Assembly (NCBI RefSeq): GCF_000195755.1
Contig: NC_002937.3
Span: 1,320,001-1,352,000, forward strand
Source of the DNA: Nitratidesulfovibrio vulgaris str. Hildenborough
Lineage (GTDB): Bacteria > Desulfobacterota > Desulfovibrionia > Desulfovibrionales > Desulfovibrionaceae
DNA length: 32,000 nucleotides
Direction of reading: 5' to 3'
Shown here piece after piece: positions 9,381 to 17,943 of the stretch. Below the pieces are notes generated by a model, which was given only the letters and a program-made list of their open reading frames with translations, had not been told where the DNA came from and did no database searches. The translations under genes were made by a program, and so were the position numbers. Position 1 is the first letter of the stretch. Each line of letters opens with the position of its first letter.

Positions 9381-9412
9381 TCAGAAGGGAGGCCCATGGG
9401 CCTCCCTTCTGA
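9381..9412. terminator. Perfect 32-nt palindrome (14-bp stem plus CATG loop) between convergent cupin and mlaA genes
   Basis: TCAGAAGGGAGGCCCATGGGCCTCCCTTCTGA is identical to its own reverse complement. It lies 48 nt after the cupin stop and 44 nt after the mlaA stop. Only a weak T tract (TTCTG) follows on the + strand. Confidence 0.5.
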
Positions 9413-9455
9413 TTCTGCAATGTCCGATGTGTTCACGAACGCCGTTGCCGGAGTG

Positions 9456-10277
9456 TCAACGGCGTATCTTGTCGCGTCGCAACTGGATGTAGGCGTTGCG
9501 AACAGCCGTGTAGGGTTCTACAGAACCGGACTTGAGACCTTCATAGCCATCGATGGCAGGCCCGAGACCGTTGAGTTGCTTGTACCCGTTGGCAGCAATG
9601 GATTCTTCGAGTGTAAGAGCGAACCACGTGGGGTCGAGGAAGTAGTCGCCGGCGAATCCGGCGGTATCACGCAACGTGCTTGGCCCGATGAAGGGCCAGA
9701 CAAGGTAGAAGCCCTCTCCGAAGCCCCACACCCCCAGCGTCTGCCCCATGTCCTCGTCTTCGACCGGAACGACGGGCCTGTCCTTCTTGGCGACGTCGAT
9801 GAGGCCACCCATGCCCACGGTCGTGTTGACGATGAAGCGGCCCATCTCGACCCCGGCTGCGTTGAACCTGCCTTGAAGCAGGTTGTTCACGAATCGCAGG
9901 GGAAAGAGGATGTTGTGGAAGAAGTTGCGCACACCGCTTCGGAGTTCTTCAGGGGTGACCGCCTCGTAGCCCTTGTAGACGGGCTTGCCTATACGCAACA
10001 GGACGAAGTCGTTGAAGCCGAACCACATCCTGTTCCAGCCCTCAAGTGGGTCGGCGACAAGGTGGGCATCGGGGACGTCATAATCGTCAAGGGTATCGCT
10101 TGTCTGCGCCGCATAGGGTGCCGGGTCTCCGGCGGCGTGTGCACCGGGGCTGACGCCCACGAGGCAGGCACAGAGAATGACCGCAGCCAGCAAGCGTACA
10201 CCAGTGAAGGCGCAGCGCGAACACCTCTCGGCTTCGCACAGGGCGGGCTCCACGGGTTGCCTTGATCGAAACATCAT
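9456..10277 (-). CDS. mlaA: MlaA/VacJ family outer-membrane lipoprotein
   Basis: 273 aa. It has an N-terminal hydrophobic, Cys-containing signal region (LLAAVILCACLVG) and VacJ core motifs (DPLEGWNRMWFGFND...FFHNILFPLRFVNNLLQG...RFIVNTTVGMGGLIDVA...DEDMGQTLG.WG). Confidence 0.88.
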   Translation of the reverse strand: MMFRSRQPVEPALCEAERCSRCAFTGVRLLAAVILCACLVGVSPGAHAAGDPAPYAAQTSDTLDDYDVPDAHLVADPLEGWNRMWFGFNDFVLLRIGKPVYKGYEAVTPEELRSGVRNFFHNILFPLRFVNNLLQGRFNAAGVEMGRFIVNTTVGMGGLIDVAKKDRPVVPVEDEDMGQTLGVWGFGEGFYLVWPFIGPSTLRDTAGFAGDYFLDPTWFALTLEESIAANGYKQLNGLGPAIDGYEGLKSGSVEPYTAVRNAYIQLRRDKIRR

Positions 10278-10285
10278 GTAGCCCC

Positions 10286-10918
10286 CTATTGCGCGGCTTT
10301 CGCCCTGACTTCATCGGCCTTGGAGCGTACCCGCTCGATCAGCTGGTCGGGCGTGCCCTTGGTGAGCAGGTCCTGAAACTGCGAGCGATAGTTCTTCACG
10401 AGACTCACACCTTCGATGATGACGTCGTAGACCACCCAGCGCCCCTGTTTTTCGAGCATGCGGTAGGCGACAGGCACGGTCTTGCCGTCCTTGAGGGTGA
10501 CGGCGGTCTGCACTTCGACCTTGTCGCCCTTGGTGCTTGCCAACTCTCCGGTGTAGGCGATGCGTTCGCCGTTGTAGCCGTCGATCTTTTCAAGGTAGGT
10601 GGCGCGCAGCAGTTGAGCGAAGGCCTCGGTGAACCGGTTTTTCTGGTCGGCCGTGAATGATGGCCAGTTGGCCCCCACTGTGCGGGCGGAGAACTCCTCG
10701 TAATCGAAGATGTTGCGAATCTCCGCTTCGATCTTGTTCCGTTCCGCGTCACGCTTGGCAGTGTCGCGGTAGTCGGGGGATTTCAGGATGTCGAGTACGC
10801 GCGTGACGGTGCTTTCAAGCGTGGCGCGTGCCGGAGATGAAGCGAACGAGGTGCCGGGCGCTAGGACACAGCATATGAGCAGGGCGGACAGGCATAAGGA
10901 TGAAAGGCGCAGGAACAT
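10286..10918 (-). CDS. mlaC: MlaC/Ttg2D family periplasmic phospholipid-binding protein
   Basis: 210 aa with a signal peptide (MFLRLSSLCLSALLICCVLAPGTSFA). It matches the toluene-tolerance Ttg2D pattern (IFDYEEFSARTVGANW..FT..Q...F...F..LL...Y...I..Y). It starts 3 nt after the mlaD stop. Confidence 0.85.
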   Translation of the reverse strand: MFLRLSSLCLSALLICCVLAPGTSFASSPARATLESTVTRVLDILKSPDYRDTAKRDAERNKIEAEIRNIFDYEEFSARTVGANWPSFTADQKNRFTEAFAQLLRATYLEKIDGYNGERIAYTGELASTKGDKVEVQTAVTLKDGKTVPVAYRMLEKQGRWVVYDVIIEGVSLVKNYRSQFQDLLTKGTPDQLIERVRSKADEVRAKAAQ

Positions 10919-10921
10919 GGT

Positions 10922-11368
10922 CTAGACACCTCCGAAGACATACTTGCTGATGAGCGATTCGATGTCTATGGACGATTCGGTTTCAGTGATTTCATCGCCA
11001 TTGCCAAGGATGTCAGGGGACCCACCCGGTGACAGTTTCACATACTTGTCCCCGATGAGTCCACTCGTCTTGACCGAGGCGATGACATCGTCAGTGAGTT
11101 TGACGCCTTCATTGATGCGCAGGCCCACAACGGCGAGGGGGTGTTCCCGGTCGAGGGTGATGGATGCAACACGGCCCACGGGCACCCCGGCTATCTCGAC
11201 TTCGGCACCGACTCGAAGCCCAGTGACGGAACTGAACTTGCACATGACAGTATAGCCCTTGTCGGCGAGAAGTTCCATACGTCCGAGTTTGACAGTGAGA
11301 TAGGCCACACAGAGCAGTCCCAGCAGGACGAACACACCTGCGGCCGTTTCACGAGAGTACTTGTTCAT
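10922..11368 (-). CDS. mlaD: MlaD (MCE-domain) inner-membrane lipid-transport protein
   Basis: 148 aa. It has an N-terminal TM anchor (ETAAGVFVLLGLLCVAYLTV) followed by a single MCE domain (F..V.GLRVGAEVEIAGVPVGRV..I.LD). Confidence 0.85.
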   Translation of the reverse strand: MNKYSRETAAGVFVLLGLLCVAYLTVKLGRMELLADKGYTVMCKFSSVTGLRVGAEVEIAGVPVGRVASITLDREHPLAVVGLRINEGVKLTDDVIASVKTSGLIGDKYVKLSPGGSPDILGNGDEITETESSIDIESLISKYVFGGV

Positions 11369-11476
11369 ACGCTGCCCCTGTCTGGCTTTATCCGCTTTGC
11401 CCCACTCACTGGGGGCGCTGTCGCGGAACGCTATTGTATCTGGCAGGTCTGCCCGCCCATGTCCTGATGTCGCGTA

Positions 11477-12301
11477 TCAGCGTGCAAGCCATGCATCGAG
11501 CGCAGCCCTTACTTCCGGCGAGAGTGCCGGGCGCATGGCGTTGTCCGCTGCTGGCGTGCGGTCGAGGAAGTCCCTGAGGTACGGGTCGCGGGTGGCTTGC
11601 AGGTCATGATACGAGCCTGAGAAGACGGCTTTGCCGTCATGCAGCACGAGAGCATGGTCTGCTATCATCCGCAGGCTTTGCAGGTCGTGGCTGACGACGA
11701 CGGTGGTCATTTCAGGAAAATGTGCCTTCATGTCCAGTAGCAGCCTGTCCATCTGTGCGGCATTGATCGGGTCAAGCCCGGAGGTGGGTTCGTCGCACAG
11801 AAGGATGGGGGGGTGCATCACGATGGCGCGTGCAAGACCCGCCCGTTTGCGCATGCCGCCCGAAAGCTGGCTTGGATAGTAGTCTGCGAAATCCGAAAGG
11901 CCCACCAGCCCAAGCGTGTGCAGCACGACCTCGCGGATGGTTGTCGCAGGCAGCCGGGTATGTTCCTTGAGCGGCAGGGCGACGTTGTCGCCAAGCGTCA
12001 GGGCGCCCAGAAGCGCGCCATCCTGAAAGAGCACGCCCATGCGGCGGCGTGTGCGCCTGAATTCGATGCCGGAAAGCGCGAAGAGGTCGTTGCCGCCGAG
12101 AAGCACCCTGCCTGACAGAGGCCGCTGGAGTCCGAGAATATGGCGCAGCAGTGTCGACTTGCCGCAGCCCGACCCGCCGAGGATCATGCTGATGCGTCCG
12201 GCTGGCAGGGTGGCGGTCACGTCTTCGAGGACGACCTTTTCGCCGTAGCCGAGGCGAAGCCCCTCAAGGCGTATGTCCCATGCCGTGGTGGTGTCGGACA
12301 T
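11477..12301 (-). CDS. mlaF: MlaF-type ABC transporter ATP-binding protein
   Basis: Start ATG 12301 (MSDTTTAWDIRLEGL). Motifs seen: Walker A GGSGCGKST, signature LSGGMRKRAGLARAI, Walker B LLCDEPTSGLDP and H-loop VSHD. It lies in the mla gene context. Confidence 0.9.
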   Translation of the reverse strand: MSDTTTAWDIRLEGLRLGYGEKVVLEDVTATLPAGRISMILGGSGCGKSTLLRHILGLQRPLSGRVLLGGNDLFALSGIEFRRTRRRMGVLFQDGALLGALTLGDNVALPLKEHTRLPATTIREVVLHTLGLVGLSDFADYYPSQLSGGMRKRAGLARAIVMHPPILLCDEPTSGLDPINAAQMDRLLLDMKAHFPEMTTVVVSHDLQSLRMIADHALVLHDGKAVFSGSYHDLQATRDPYLRDFLDRTPAADNAMRPALSPEVRAALDAWLAR

Positions 12302-12312
12302 CGTCGAATCTC

Positions 12313-13116
12313 CTACAGCAGGAACGAGGTGAGAACGTAGTCGGCGACAAGAACCAGCACGCACGACATGACGACAGCAGACGTGGTTGAGTTGCTCACG
12401 CCTTCAGGCCCCATACCGTCTCGCCTCATGTGGGTGAAGTACCCCTGATAGCAGCTTACCGTGGAGACGATGAGCGCGAACAGCAACGACTTCATGAAGC
12501 CGCCGGTCACGTCGGCGAGTTCCACGCTGGTGGCGATGCGGTGAAAGTAAACCCCTTCGTTGATGCCGAGGAGCATGACGCCGGTCACATACCCTCCGAT
12601 GATGCCGATGACGTCGAACAGTGCCGTCAGCAGGGGAAAGGCCACCAGCGATGCCGCGATACGCGGTGAGACGAGGTAGCCCATGGGGTTGATGTCCATG
12701 ACATCGAGGGCGTCTATCTGGTCGGTGATGCGCATGACGCCGATTTCGGCTGCCATGGACGAACCAGCGCGCCCGGTGACCATGATGGCGGTGAGCACGG
12801 GGCCGAGTTCGCGTATGAGGGTGAGCGCCACGGCGGCGCCAAGCAGGCCCTCAGAACCGAATTTGACAAGGGTGTAGTACCCTTGAAGTCCCAGCACCAT
12901 GCCTGTGAAGATGCCGATGAGCAGAATGACGAACAGCGACTTGTACCCGATGACATAAACCTGATTGACGATTTTCGGCAGTTGCTTCGTCGAGGCGAAG
13001 ATGTGCCGGAATCCGTCGAGCATGAAGATGAACATCGCGCCCAGTTCACCGAGGAGCCGGAGAAAGCTCCTGCCCAGTGCCGTTACCGGATTGTCGCGTT
13101 CGGGTGGGTTTGTCAT
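12313..13116 (-). CDS. mlaE: MlaE-type ABC transporter permease
   Basis: Start ATG 13116 (MTNPPERDNPVTALGRSF...). The 267-aa protein matches the MlaE/Ttg2B pattern (YTLVKFGSEGLLGAAVALTLIRELGPVLTAIMVTGRAGS.MAAEIGVMRITDQIDAL..M). The ORF-track start at 13269 is an Arg/Pro-rich spurious extension into the SPOR gene. Confidence 0.9.
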   Translation of the reverse strand: MTNPPERDNPVTALGRSFLRLLGELGAMFIFMLDGFRHIFASTKQLPKIVNQVYVIGYKSLFVILLIGIFTGMVLGLQGYYTLVKFGSEGLLGAAVALTLIRELGPVLTAIMVTGRAGSSMAAEIGVMRITDQIDALDVMDINPMGYLVSPRIAASLVAFPLLTALFDVIGIIGGYVTGVMLLGINEGVYFHRIATSVELADVTGGFMKSLLFALIVSTVSCYQGYFTHMRRDGMGPEGVSNSTTSAVVMSCVLVLVADYVLTSFLL

Positions 13117-13147
13117 CGCCTTCCGTCGCCTGTCTTGTCCGTGTGCA

Positions 13148-13969
13148 TCAGGATTTGGCCTTGCCCGTGGCCGGAACCTTGGACCGCATGATGATCTTGT
13201 CGATACCCTGTTTGAGGAGCGTGGCACGGAGGGCGCGGGTGTCTTCAGGGGTACCCCTGAAGGAGACAAGGATGCGGTACCACGTCACGGTCTTGTCCTT
13301 CTGGGTCTCGACGCGTGCCCGCAGTCCCGCCGTTTCAAGCTTGCCGCGCATGGTCTTTGCCGGCCCTTCGTCCTTGAAGGCTGCCACCTGATAGACGTAG
13401 TCGAAGGTGTCGTTCTTGGCGGCTTCTGCCTTTGCCGCCTCCGCTTTGGCGGCCTCCGCCTTCGCCTTCTTTTCGGCCTGCGCCTTACGGGCGGCTTCCG
13501 CCTTCTGCTCCTGCGCCTTGCGGCTGTTCTCGCGTGCCTTCGCTTCGGCCAGTTCCTTGGCGGACGGCTTGGCCTGTTCCGTCTTCTCTGCGGACTTCTG
13601 CTGCGCCTTCGCCGGTGCGGCAGGGGCGGTCGCCGTCGTCGTCGCCGTGGTGTTGTTGCCGGTGGGGCGCCCCTTGAGCGAGTTCATGAACTTCAGCTCT
13701 TCGGCCTTGATGACGTCGTTACGCTGCGCCTGTGCCGGGGCCGGAGGTGCCGTGTGGGGCTGGGCGGGCAGGATTCGGGCCAGTTCGGGCACTTTCTGTT
13801 CAGGATGGTAGCCACGCCCCACGATGACGCCGAGCATGAAGACCCACCCCAGACCGATGAGGGTGACGATACCTGCCGAGATGAGAGAGGAGAAGGTGAC
13901 GCGGATGGTGTATCCGCCCTTGCCTTCGCCCCCTCCCGGCTTGCCGCTGTTGCTGCTCGCCCTTGCCAT
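13148..13969 (-). CDS. SPOR-domain (septal peptidoglycan-binding) membrane protein with an Ala/Lys/Glu-rich repeat linker
   Basis: ATG 13969 is preceded by AAGGAA. The protein has an N-terminal TM segment (SLISAGIVTLIGLGWVFMLGVIV) and a low-complexity linker containing AKAEAAKAEAAKAEAAK. The C-terminal SPOR-like fold signature is YVYQVAAFKDEGPAKTMRGKLETAGLRARV...WYRILVSFRGTPEDTRAL. Confidence 0.8.
   Translation of the reverse strand: MARASSNSGKPGGGEGKGGYTIRVTFSSLISAGIVTLIGLGWVFMLGVIVGRGYHPEQKVPELARILPAQPHTAPPAPAQAQRNDVIKAEELKFMNSLKGRPTGNNTTATTTATAPAAPAKAQQKSAEKTEQAKPSAKELAEAKARENSRKAQEQKAEAARKAQAEKKAKAEAAKAEAAKAEAAKNDTFDYVYQVAAFKDEGPAKTMRGKLETAGLRARVETQKDKTVTWYRILVSFRGTPEDTRALRATLLKQGIDKIIMRSKVPATGKAKS
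13416..13475. repeat. Imperfect 15-bp tandem repeat (about 4 units) encoding the AKAEA repeats of the SPOR protein
   Basis: Plus-strand units are TTGGCGGCTTCTGCC, TTTGCCGCCTCCGCT, TTGGCGGCCTCCGCC and TTCGCCTTCTTTTCG. The wider region 13400-13620 continues in the same GCC/TTC-rich register. Confidence 0.6.
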
Positions 13970-13989
13970 GTTCCTTCCGGTGTTTTTGA

Positions 13990-15645
13990 TTACATCGATT
14001 CAGGGGCGGAAACGCCGAGAAGCGAAAGGCCGTTGGCAAGCACGCAGCCCACGGCGCGCAGAAGCGCAAGGCGGGGAACGATGACATCCTGTTCCGTGGC
14101 ATTCAGGATGGGCTGCCGCGCGTAGTAGCTGTGCAACGCTCCGGCGACCTCCATCAGGTAGTGGCTGATGTGGTGCGGGGCGAGCGCGGTGGCAGCCCCG
14201 GCGACCGTCTCTTCGAAGCGGTCGAGCAGGCGCAGCAGTTCCATCTCGTCGTCACCGGAGAGCGGGGCGAGGCTCGCACCATCAAGCTGCGCGGGCATCT
14301 CGATGCCGCGCTCGGCAGCCTTGCGCAGCACCGAACACACACGGGCGTGGGCGTACTGCACATAGTAGACCGGGTTGTCCATGGTGCGCTGCTTGACCAG
14401 TTCAAGGTCGAAGTCGAGCGGACTGTCGCTCTTGCGGGAGAGGAACATGAAGCGCGCTGCGTCGGCACCGGTCTCCTTCACCACGTCGGCGAGGGTCTCG
14501 AACTGTCCGGCGCGGGTGGACATGGCGACGAGTTCACCACCGCGCAGCAGGTTGACCAGCTGGATGAGCACGACGTCGAAGGCTTCGGGCTTGCGGCCCA
14601 GTGCCGCGACGGCGGCGCGCATCCGGGGGATGTAACCGTGGTGGTCTGCGCCCCAGATGTCGACGACGAGGTCGAAGCCACGGTCGTACTTGTTGTCATG
14701 GTAGGCGATGTCGGACGAGAAATAGGTGAGCGTTCCATCGGACTTGCGGAGCACCCTGTCCTTGTCGTCGCCGAAGTCGGTGGTGCGGAACCACAGTGCC
14801 CCGTCCTGTTCGAAGGCGAGCCCGGCTTCCTTCAGGCGGTTGAACGTCTTCTCGACGGCACCGCCCTCAACGAGCGAACGCTCCGAGAACCAAACCTGAT
14901 GCTCTACCCGAAAATCAGCGAGGTCCTGCTTGATGCCGTCGAGGATGCTGCTCATGGCGTAGGCGAAGCAGCGGTCTTCACCGGCGGCGTCGTCGAGGTC
15001 GAGCAGACCAGGTTCCTTCTCCATCAACTCGCGGGCGATGTCCTTGATGTAGTCACCGCGATAGAAGTCCTCGGGCAGTGTGACGGGACGACCGGCAAGT
15101 TCCTTGGCCCGTACCCACACGGAGAGGCCGAGCAGGCGCATCTGCCTGCCAGCGTCATTGATGTAGTATTCCGTGCTGACATCATACCCGGCGAAACGCA
15201 TGATGCGTGCGAGGCTGTCGCCCACTGCCGCACCGCGTCCATGACCGATGTGGAGCGGCCCGGTGGGGTTGGCCGAAACATATTCGACCTGCACCTTGCG
15301 CCCTGCGCCCGTGTCGGACGAACCGAAGGCGCTACCCGCCTCCTGTGCGCGGAGAATGGTCTCGCGCCAGAAGTCCTGCGAGTAGGTGACGTTCAGGAAG
15401 CCGGGTCCGGCGATGTCGATGGCGGTGATGTCCGCGTCACGGTTGCGAAGGGCATCCGCAATGCGTGTGGCGAGTTCGCGCGGGTTCTGCCCCGCCTGCT
15501 TGGCGAGTACGAGGGCGATATTGGCTGCAAGGTCGCCGAAGCCGGTGGCCTTGGGAGTGTCGATGGTGGCCTTTTCGGGCCAGGCCAGCCCCATGTCCTT
15601 CACGATGTCCTGAAGGGCGGCTAACAGCTGCTTCTTTGCGCGCAT
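13990..15645 (-). CDS. argS: Arginine--tRNA ligase
   Basis: 551 aa. It has a class-I HIGH motif ([15 protein letters not shown]), an MSTR-type KMSKS equivalent (VAMSTRAG) and a C-terminal DALR anticodon-binding region ([16 protein letters not shown]). Confidence 0.95.
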   Translation of the reverse strand: MRAKKQLLAALQDIVKDMGLAWPEKATIDTPKATGFGDLAANIALVLAKQAGQNPRELATRIADALRNRDADITAIDIAGPGFLNVTYSQDFWRETILRAQEAGSAFGSSDTGAGRKVQVEYVSANPTGPLHIGHGRGAAVGDSLARIMRFAGYDVSTEYYINDAGRQMRLLGLSVWVRAKELAGRPVTLPEDFYRGDYIKDIARELMEKEPGLLDLDDAAGEDRCFAYAMSSILDGIKQDLADFRVEHQVWFSERSLVEGGAVEKTFNRLKEAGLAFEQDGALWFRTTDFGDDKDRVLRKSDGTLTYFSSDIAYHDNKYDRGFDLVVDIWGADHHGYIPRMRAAVAALGRKPEAFDVVLIQLVNLLRGGELVAMSTRAGQFETLADVVKETGADAARFMFLSRKSDSPLDFDLELVKQRTMDNPVYYVQYAHARVCSVLRKAAERGIEMPAQLDGASLAPLSGDDEMELLRLLDRFEETVAGAATALAPHHISHYLMEVAGALHSYYARQPILNATEQDVIVPRLALLRAVGCVLANGLSLLGVSAPESM

Positions 15646-15844
15646 CTATGTCATTCCTGGGTGGTGATGGTGGTTCGCTTCATGTGTCCCTAGTGCGGGA
15701 GACTCGCCGAAACGAAAATCGTAGCAGAAAAGTGGCCGGGTGCAAAGTGTGCGTCGTGAGGACGACCGGGGACGCCATGGGAAGAGGGGCGTCGCATGCA
15801 CATCCGGATTCGCCATGAGCGGCGCGGTGCCCCGGCCTGAAGGC

Positions 15845-15870
15845 GTTGCGGCCCCCGCAGGGGCCGCAAC
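15845..15870 (-). terminator. GC-rich 11-bp stem hairpin immediately downstream of fabD (no clear U tract)
   Basis: GTTGCGGCCCC (15845-15855), loop CGCA, then GGGGCCGCAAC (15860-15870). It begins 5 nt after the fabD stop codon on the minus strand and is followed there by GCCTTCAGG. Confidence 0.45.
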
Positions 15871-15875
15871 AGTGG

Positions 15876-16829
15876 TCATGCAAAGAATGTCTGAGCCTGT
15901 TCGAGATTGGCGATGCCCGCCACCATGTAGGCGTCGTCGGTGACTCCGCAGGTAGAGAGGATGGGCTTGACCATCTTGGTCAGCACACCCTTGGGGCCGA
16001 CTTCGACCCATGAGCGGATGCCATCGGTCCACTGCGAGGATATGGTCTCTATCCAGCGCACCGACGAGGTCATCTGACGGGGCATGATGTCGGCGAGAGA
16101 GGCGCCGTCGGTCTGTGCCGTGGCGGTGACATTGCAGTAGACGGCGTAGCGCGGGCGGTTCCACGTCACGCGGGCGAGGGCCCTGGCCAGTTCGCGGGCC
16201 GCCTCGTCCATGAGAGGGCTGTGGAAGGCGCCGCTCACAGCGAGGGGCACAGCACGACCCTTGCGTTCCTTGACGCGTGCGGCCGCGTCGGTCACAGCCG
16301 ACTTGGCCCCGCTCACGACGAATTGTGCAGGAGTGTTGTAGTTGGCCACGATGAGACATGCTCCGGTGGCCTCGCGGGCTTCGCGCACCACGTCTTCGAC
16401 GTCGGCCAGCGAAAGCTTGAGTACGGCCGCCATGCCGCCCTCGCCGGACGGGTCGGCCTCGGCCATGAGCCTGCCGCGCAAAGAGACGAGTTCGATGGCG
16501 GCATCTGCCGCGATGGCACCCGCAGCCGCCAGCGCACTGTATTCCCCGAGGCTGTGCCCGGCCATGCAGGCGGGGCGCAGCCGCCCTGCCACATGCTGCC
16601 ACAGGGCGAGATTGACGACGGTCAGCGCAGGTTGCAGGTTGCGCGTGTCGGCCATGGCCGCATCATCGCCATCCCAGTATATCTCGCGCAGCGGAAGGCC
16701 GCTGATGTTCTCGGCCTTTTTCCAGAGGGCCATGGCCTCTGCCGAGGCTTCGGCGAGGTCGCGCCCCATGCCCGGTTCTTGCGAACCTTGCCCGGGAAAG
16801 AGGACTGCCGTGGTGGTATCGTGGTACAT
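15876..16829 (-). CDS. fabD: Malonyl-CoA:ACP transacylase
   Basis: Start ATG 16829 (MYHDTTTAVLFPGQGSQEPGMG). It has the active-site GHSLGEYSALAAAG motif and AFHSPLM. The protein is 317 aa. The ORF-track start at 16928 is a spurious extension. Confidence 0.92.
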   Translation of the reverse strand: MYHDTTTAVLFPGQGSQEPGMGRDLAEASAEAMALWKKAENISGLPLREIYWDGDDAAMADTRNLQPALTVVNLALWQHVAGRLRPACMAGHSLGEYSALAAAGAIAADAAIELVSLRGRLMAEADPSGEGGMAAVLKLSLADVEDVVREAREATGACLIVANYNTPAQFVVSGAKSAVTDAAARVKERKGRAVPLAVSGAFHSPLMDEAARELARALARVTWNRPRYAVYCNVTATAQTDGASLADIMPRQMTSSVRWIETISSQWTDGIRSWVEVGPKGVLTKMVKPILSTCGVTDDAYMVAGIANLEQAQTFFA

Positions 16830-16979
16830 TCGCTTCACTCCGTTCCGTGGTGGCGTGCAGTGCGTCTGCACGCGGTTTGTGCGCCGTGCCACTTGCAAGC
16901 CCGGCCGCGTGGGGCTAGGTATCCGCACCCGTCATGGCGGCAGTGCGCCGTCCAACCGCAATATCAAGGAGAGAGCCGC

Positions 16980-17636
16980 ATGGCTGGACGTGTTGAAGTC
17001 TCCCGCAAGGAATTGACGAAGTTCTGTCGTGAAGCAGGGTTCGAGCCCTCACCCGGAATGCTCGAGGCCATCGCCGGGTATCTCGAACTCTTGCTGCACT
17101 GGAACCGGAGCATGAACCTTGTGGGAACCCGCACATGGCAGGACACCTTCCATACCCTTGTGGTGGACAGCCTGCACTTGGCGGCTTTCCTTGATACGCT
17201 GCCCTTGCCTCCGGAACCGGAGGTATGGGACCTCGGTGCCGGTGCCGGACTGCCCGGTATTCCCCTCCGGGCAGCATGGCAGCGTGGTAACTATACAATG
17301 GTCGAGGCCCGCGAGAAGCGCGCCATGTTCCTGCGCATGGCCCTTGCCCGCCATCCCCTGCCGGGTACGAACGTCTTTCAGGGCAGGGCAGAGGCGTTCA
17401 TGCCGTCCCGTCCGCCCGCCGACCTCGTGGTGAGCCGGGCGTTCATGCCCTGGCGTGAGCTTCTCGATTTCGTGTCGGGCCATCTGGCACCCGGCGGGCA
17501 GGTGGTGTTCCTCTCTCTCGACCCCGTGCCCGCATCGTTACCCGAAGGGTGGGCCGTCGAAGCGGAGAGTCTTTATGGAACACGCTGCGGAGGGCGCTAT
17601 TTTTGGTCCTTGAGGCCCATCATCGTCCCGAACTGA
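16980..17636 (+). CDS. rsmG: 16S rRNA (guanine527-N7)-methyltransferase RsmG (GidB)
   Basis: ATG 16980 is preceded by AAGGAGAG at 16966-16973. The 218-aa protein carries LLLHWNRSMNLVG, the SAM motif VWDLGAGAGLPGIPL and VVSRAF. The 5' part of the ORF-track entry (16221-16979) is antisense to fabD and is rejected. Confidence 0.9.
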   Translation: MAGRVEVSRKELTKFCREAGFEPSPGMLEAIAGYLELLLHWNRSMNLVGTRTWQDTFHTLVVDSLHLAAFLDTLPLPPEPEVWDLGAGAGLPGIPLRAAWQRGNYTMVEAREKRAMFLRMALARHPLPGTNVFQGRAEAFMPSRPPADLVVSRAFMPWRELLDFVSGHLAPGGQVVFLSLDPVPASLPEGWAVEAESLYGTRCGGRYFWSLRPIIVPN

Positions 17637-17815
17637 GAGTTCTTGAAGATGAGCTTCGTCGCCGTGGCGTCGGCGGTCTCAGCCACGTCCATGAGGCGTT
17701 CGAGGAACTCGAGGATTTCGAGCCGTCGCTCTTCGGGCGAGTATTCGAACTCGTCTTCCATGCGACCGGAAGACATGTATTCTTCCAGTTCATCGAGATA
17801 TCGGGCGTTGAGCAT
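17597..17815 (-). CDS. Small acidic hypothetical protein (72 aa)
   Basis: The minus strand reads GGAGG ATG ATC ATG. The second ATG (17815) has proper 6-nt SD spacing. Third codon positions are mostly C/G, as in neighbouring genuine genes. The sequence MLNARYLDELEEYMSSGRMEDEFEYSPEERRLEILEFLERLMD is strongly acidic and looks helical. Its 3' end overlaps the rsmG 3' end by 40 nt. No family recognised. Confidence 0.5.
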   Translation of the reverse strand: MLNARYLDELEEYMSSGRMEDEFEYSPEERRLEILEFLERLMDVAETADATATKLIFKNSQFGTMMGLKDQK

Positions 17816-17943
17816 GATCATCCTCCGTTGCGCTGTCCGACCGCCGACCCCTTACCGTATTTCGTCATCGGCGTGAAGGGGCGTTGAAGCCCGCGTCCGT
17901 TGCGTGTATGCAGCAGGCCATATCTCCCGGAGGCACATCTTCC

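Noticed and set aside
12965-14125. 386-aa ORF on the + strand spanning the mlaE, SPOR and argS ends
   Set aside because: It crosses three independently supported minus-strand genes and is a low-complexity Arg/Leu/Gly sequence. I treat it as an artefact of GC-rich repeats.
14131-15624. 497-aa ORF on the + strand
   Set aside because: It is entirely antisense to the well-supported argS gene. Its composition is Gly/Val/Ala/Asp/Glu-rich, typical of shadow frames in GC-rich DNA, and it has no RBS or recognisable motifs.
15646-16602. 318-aa ORF on the - strand, and the 16221-16979 part of the + strand 471-aa ORF
   Set aside because: Both overlap fabD out of frame or antisense. They are extremely Arg/Gly/His-rich. 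The real genes are fabD (15876-16829, -) and rsmG (16980-17636, +).
17030-17055. GGTTCGAGCCC, a tRNA T-arm-like string
   Set aside because: It lies in frame inside rsmG, encoding ...AGFEPSP.... No acceptor, D or anticodon arms can be built around it, so it is a chance match.
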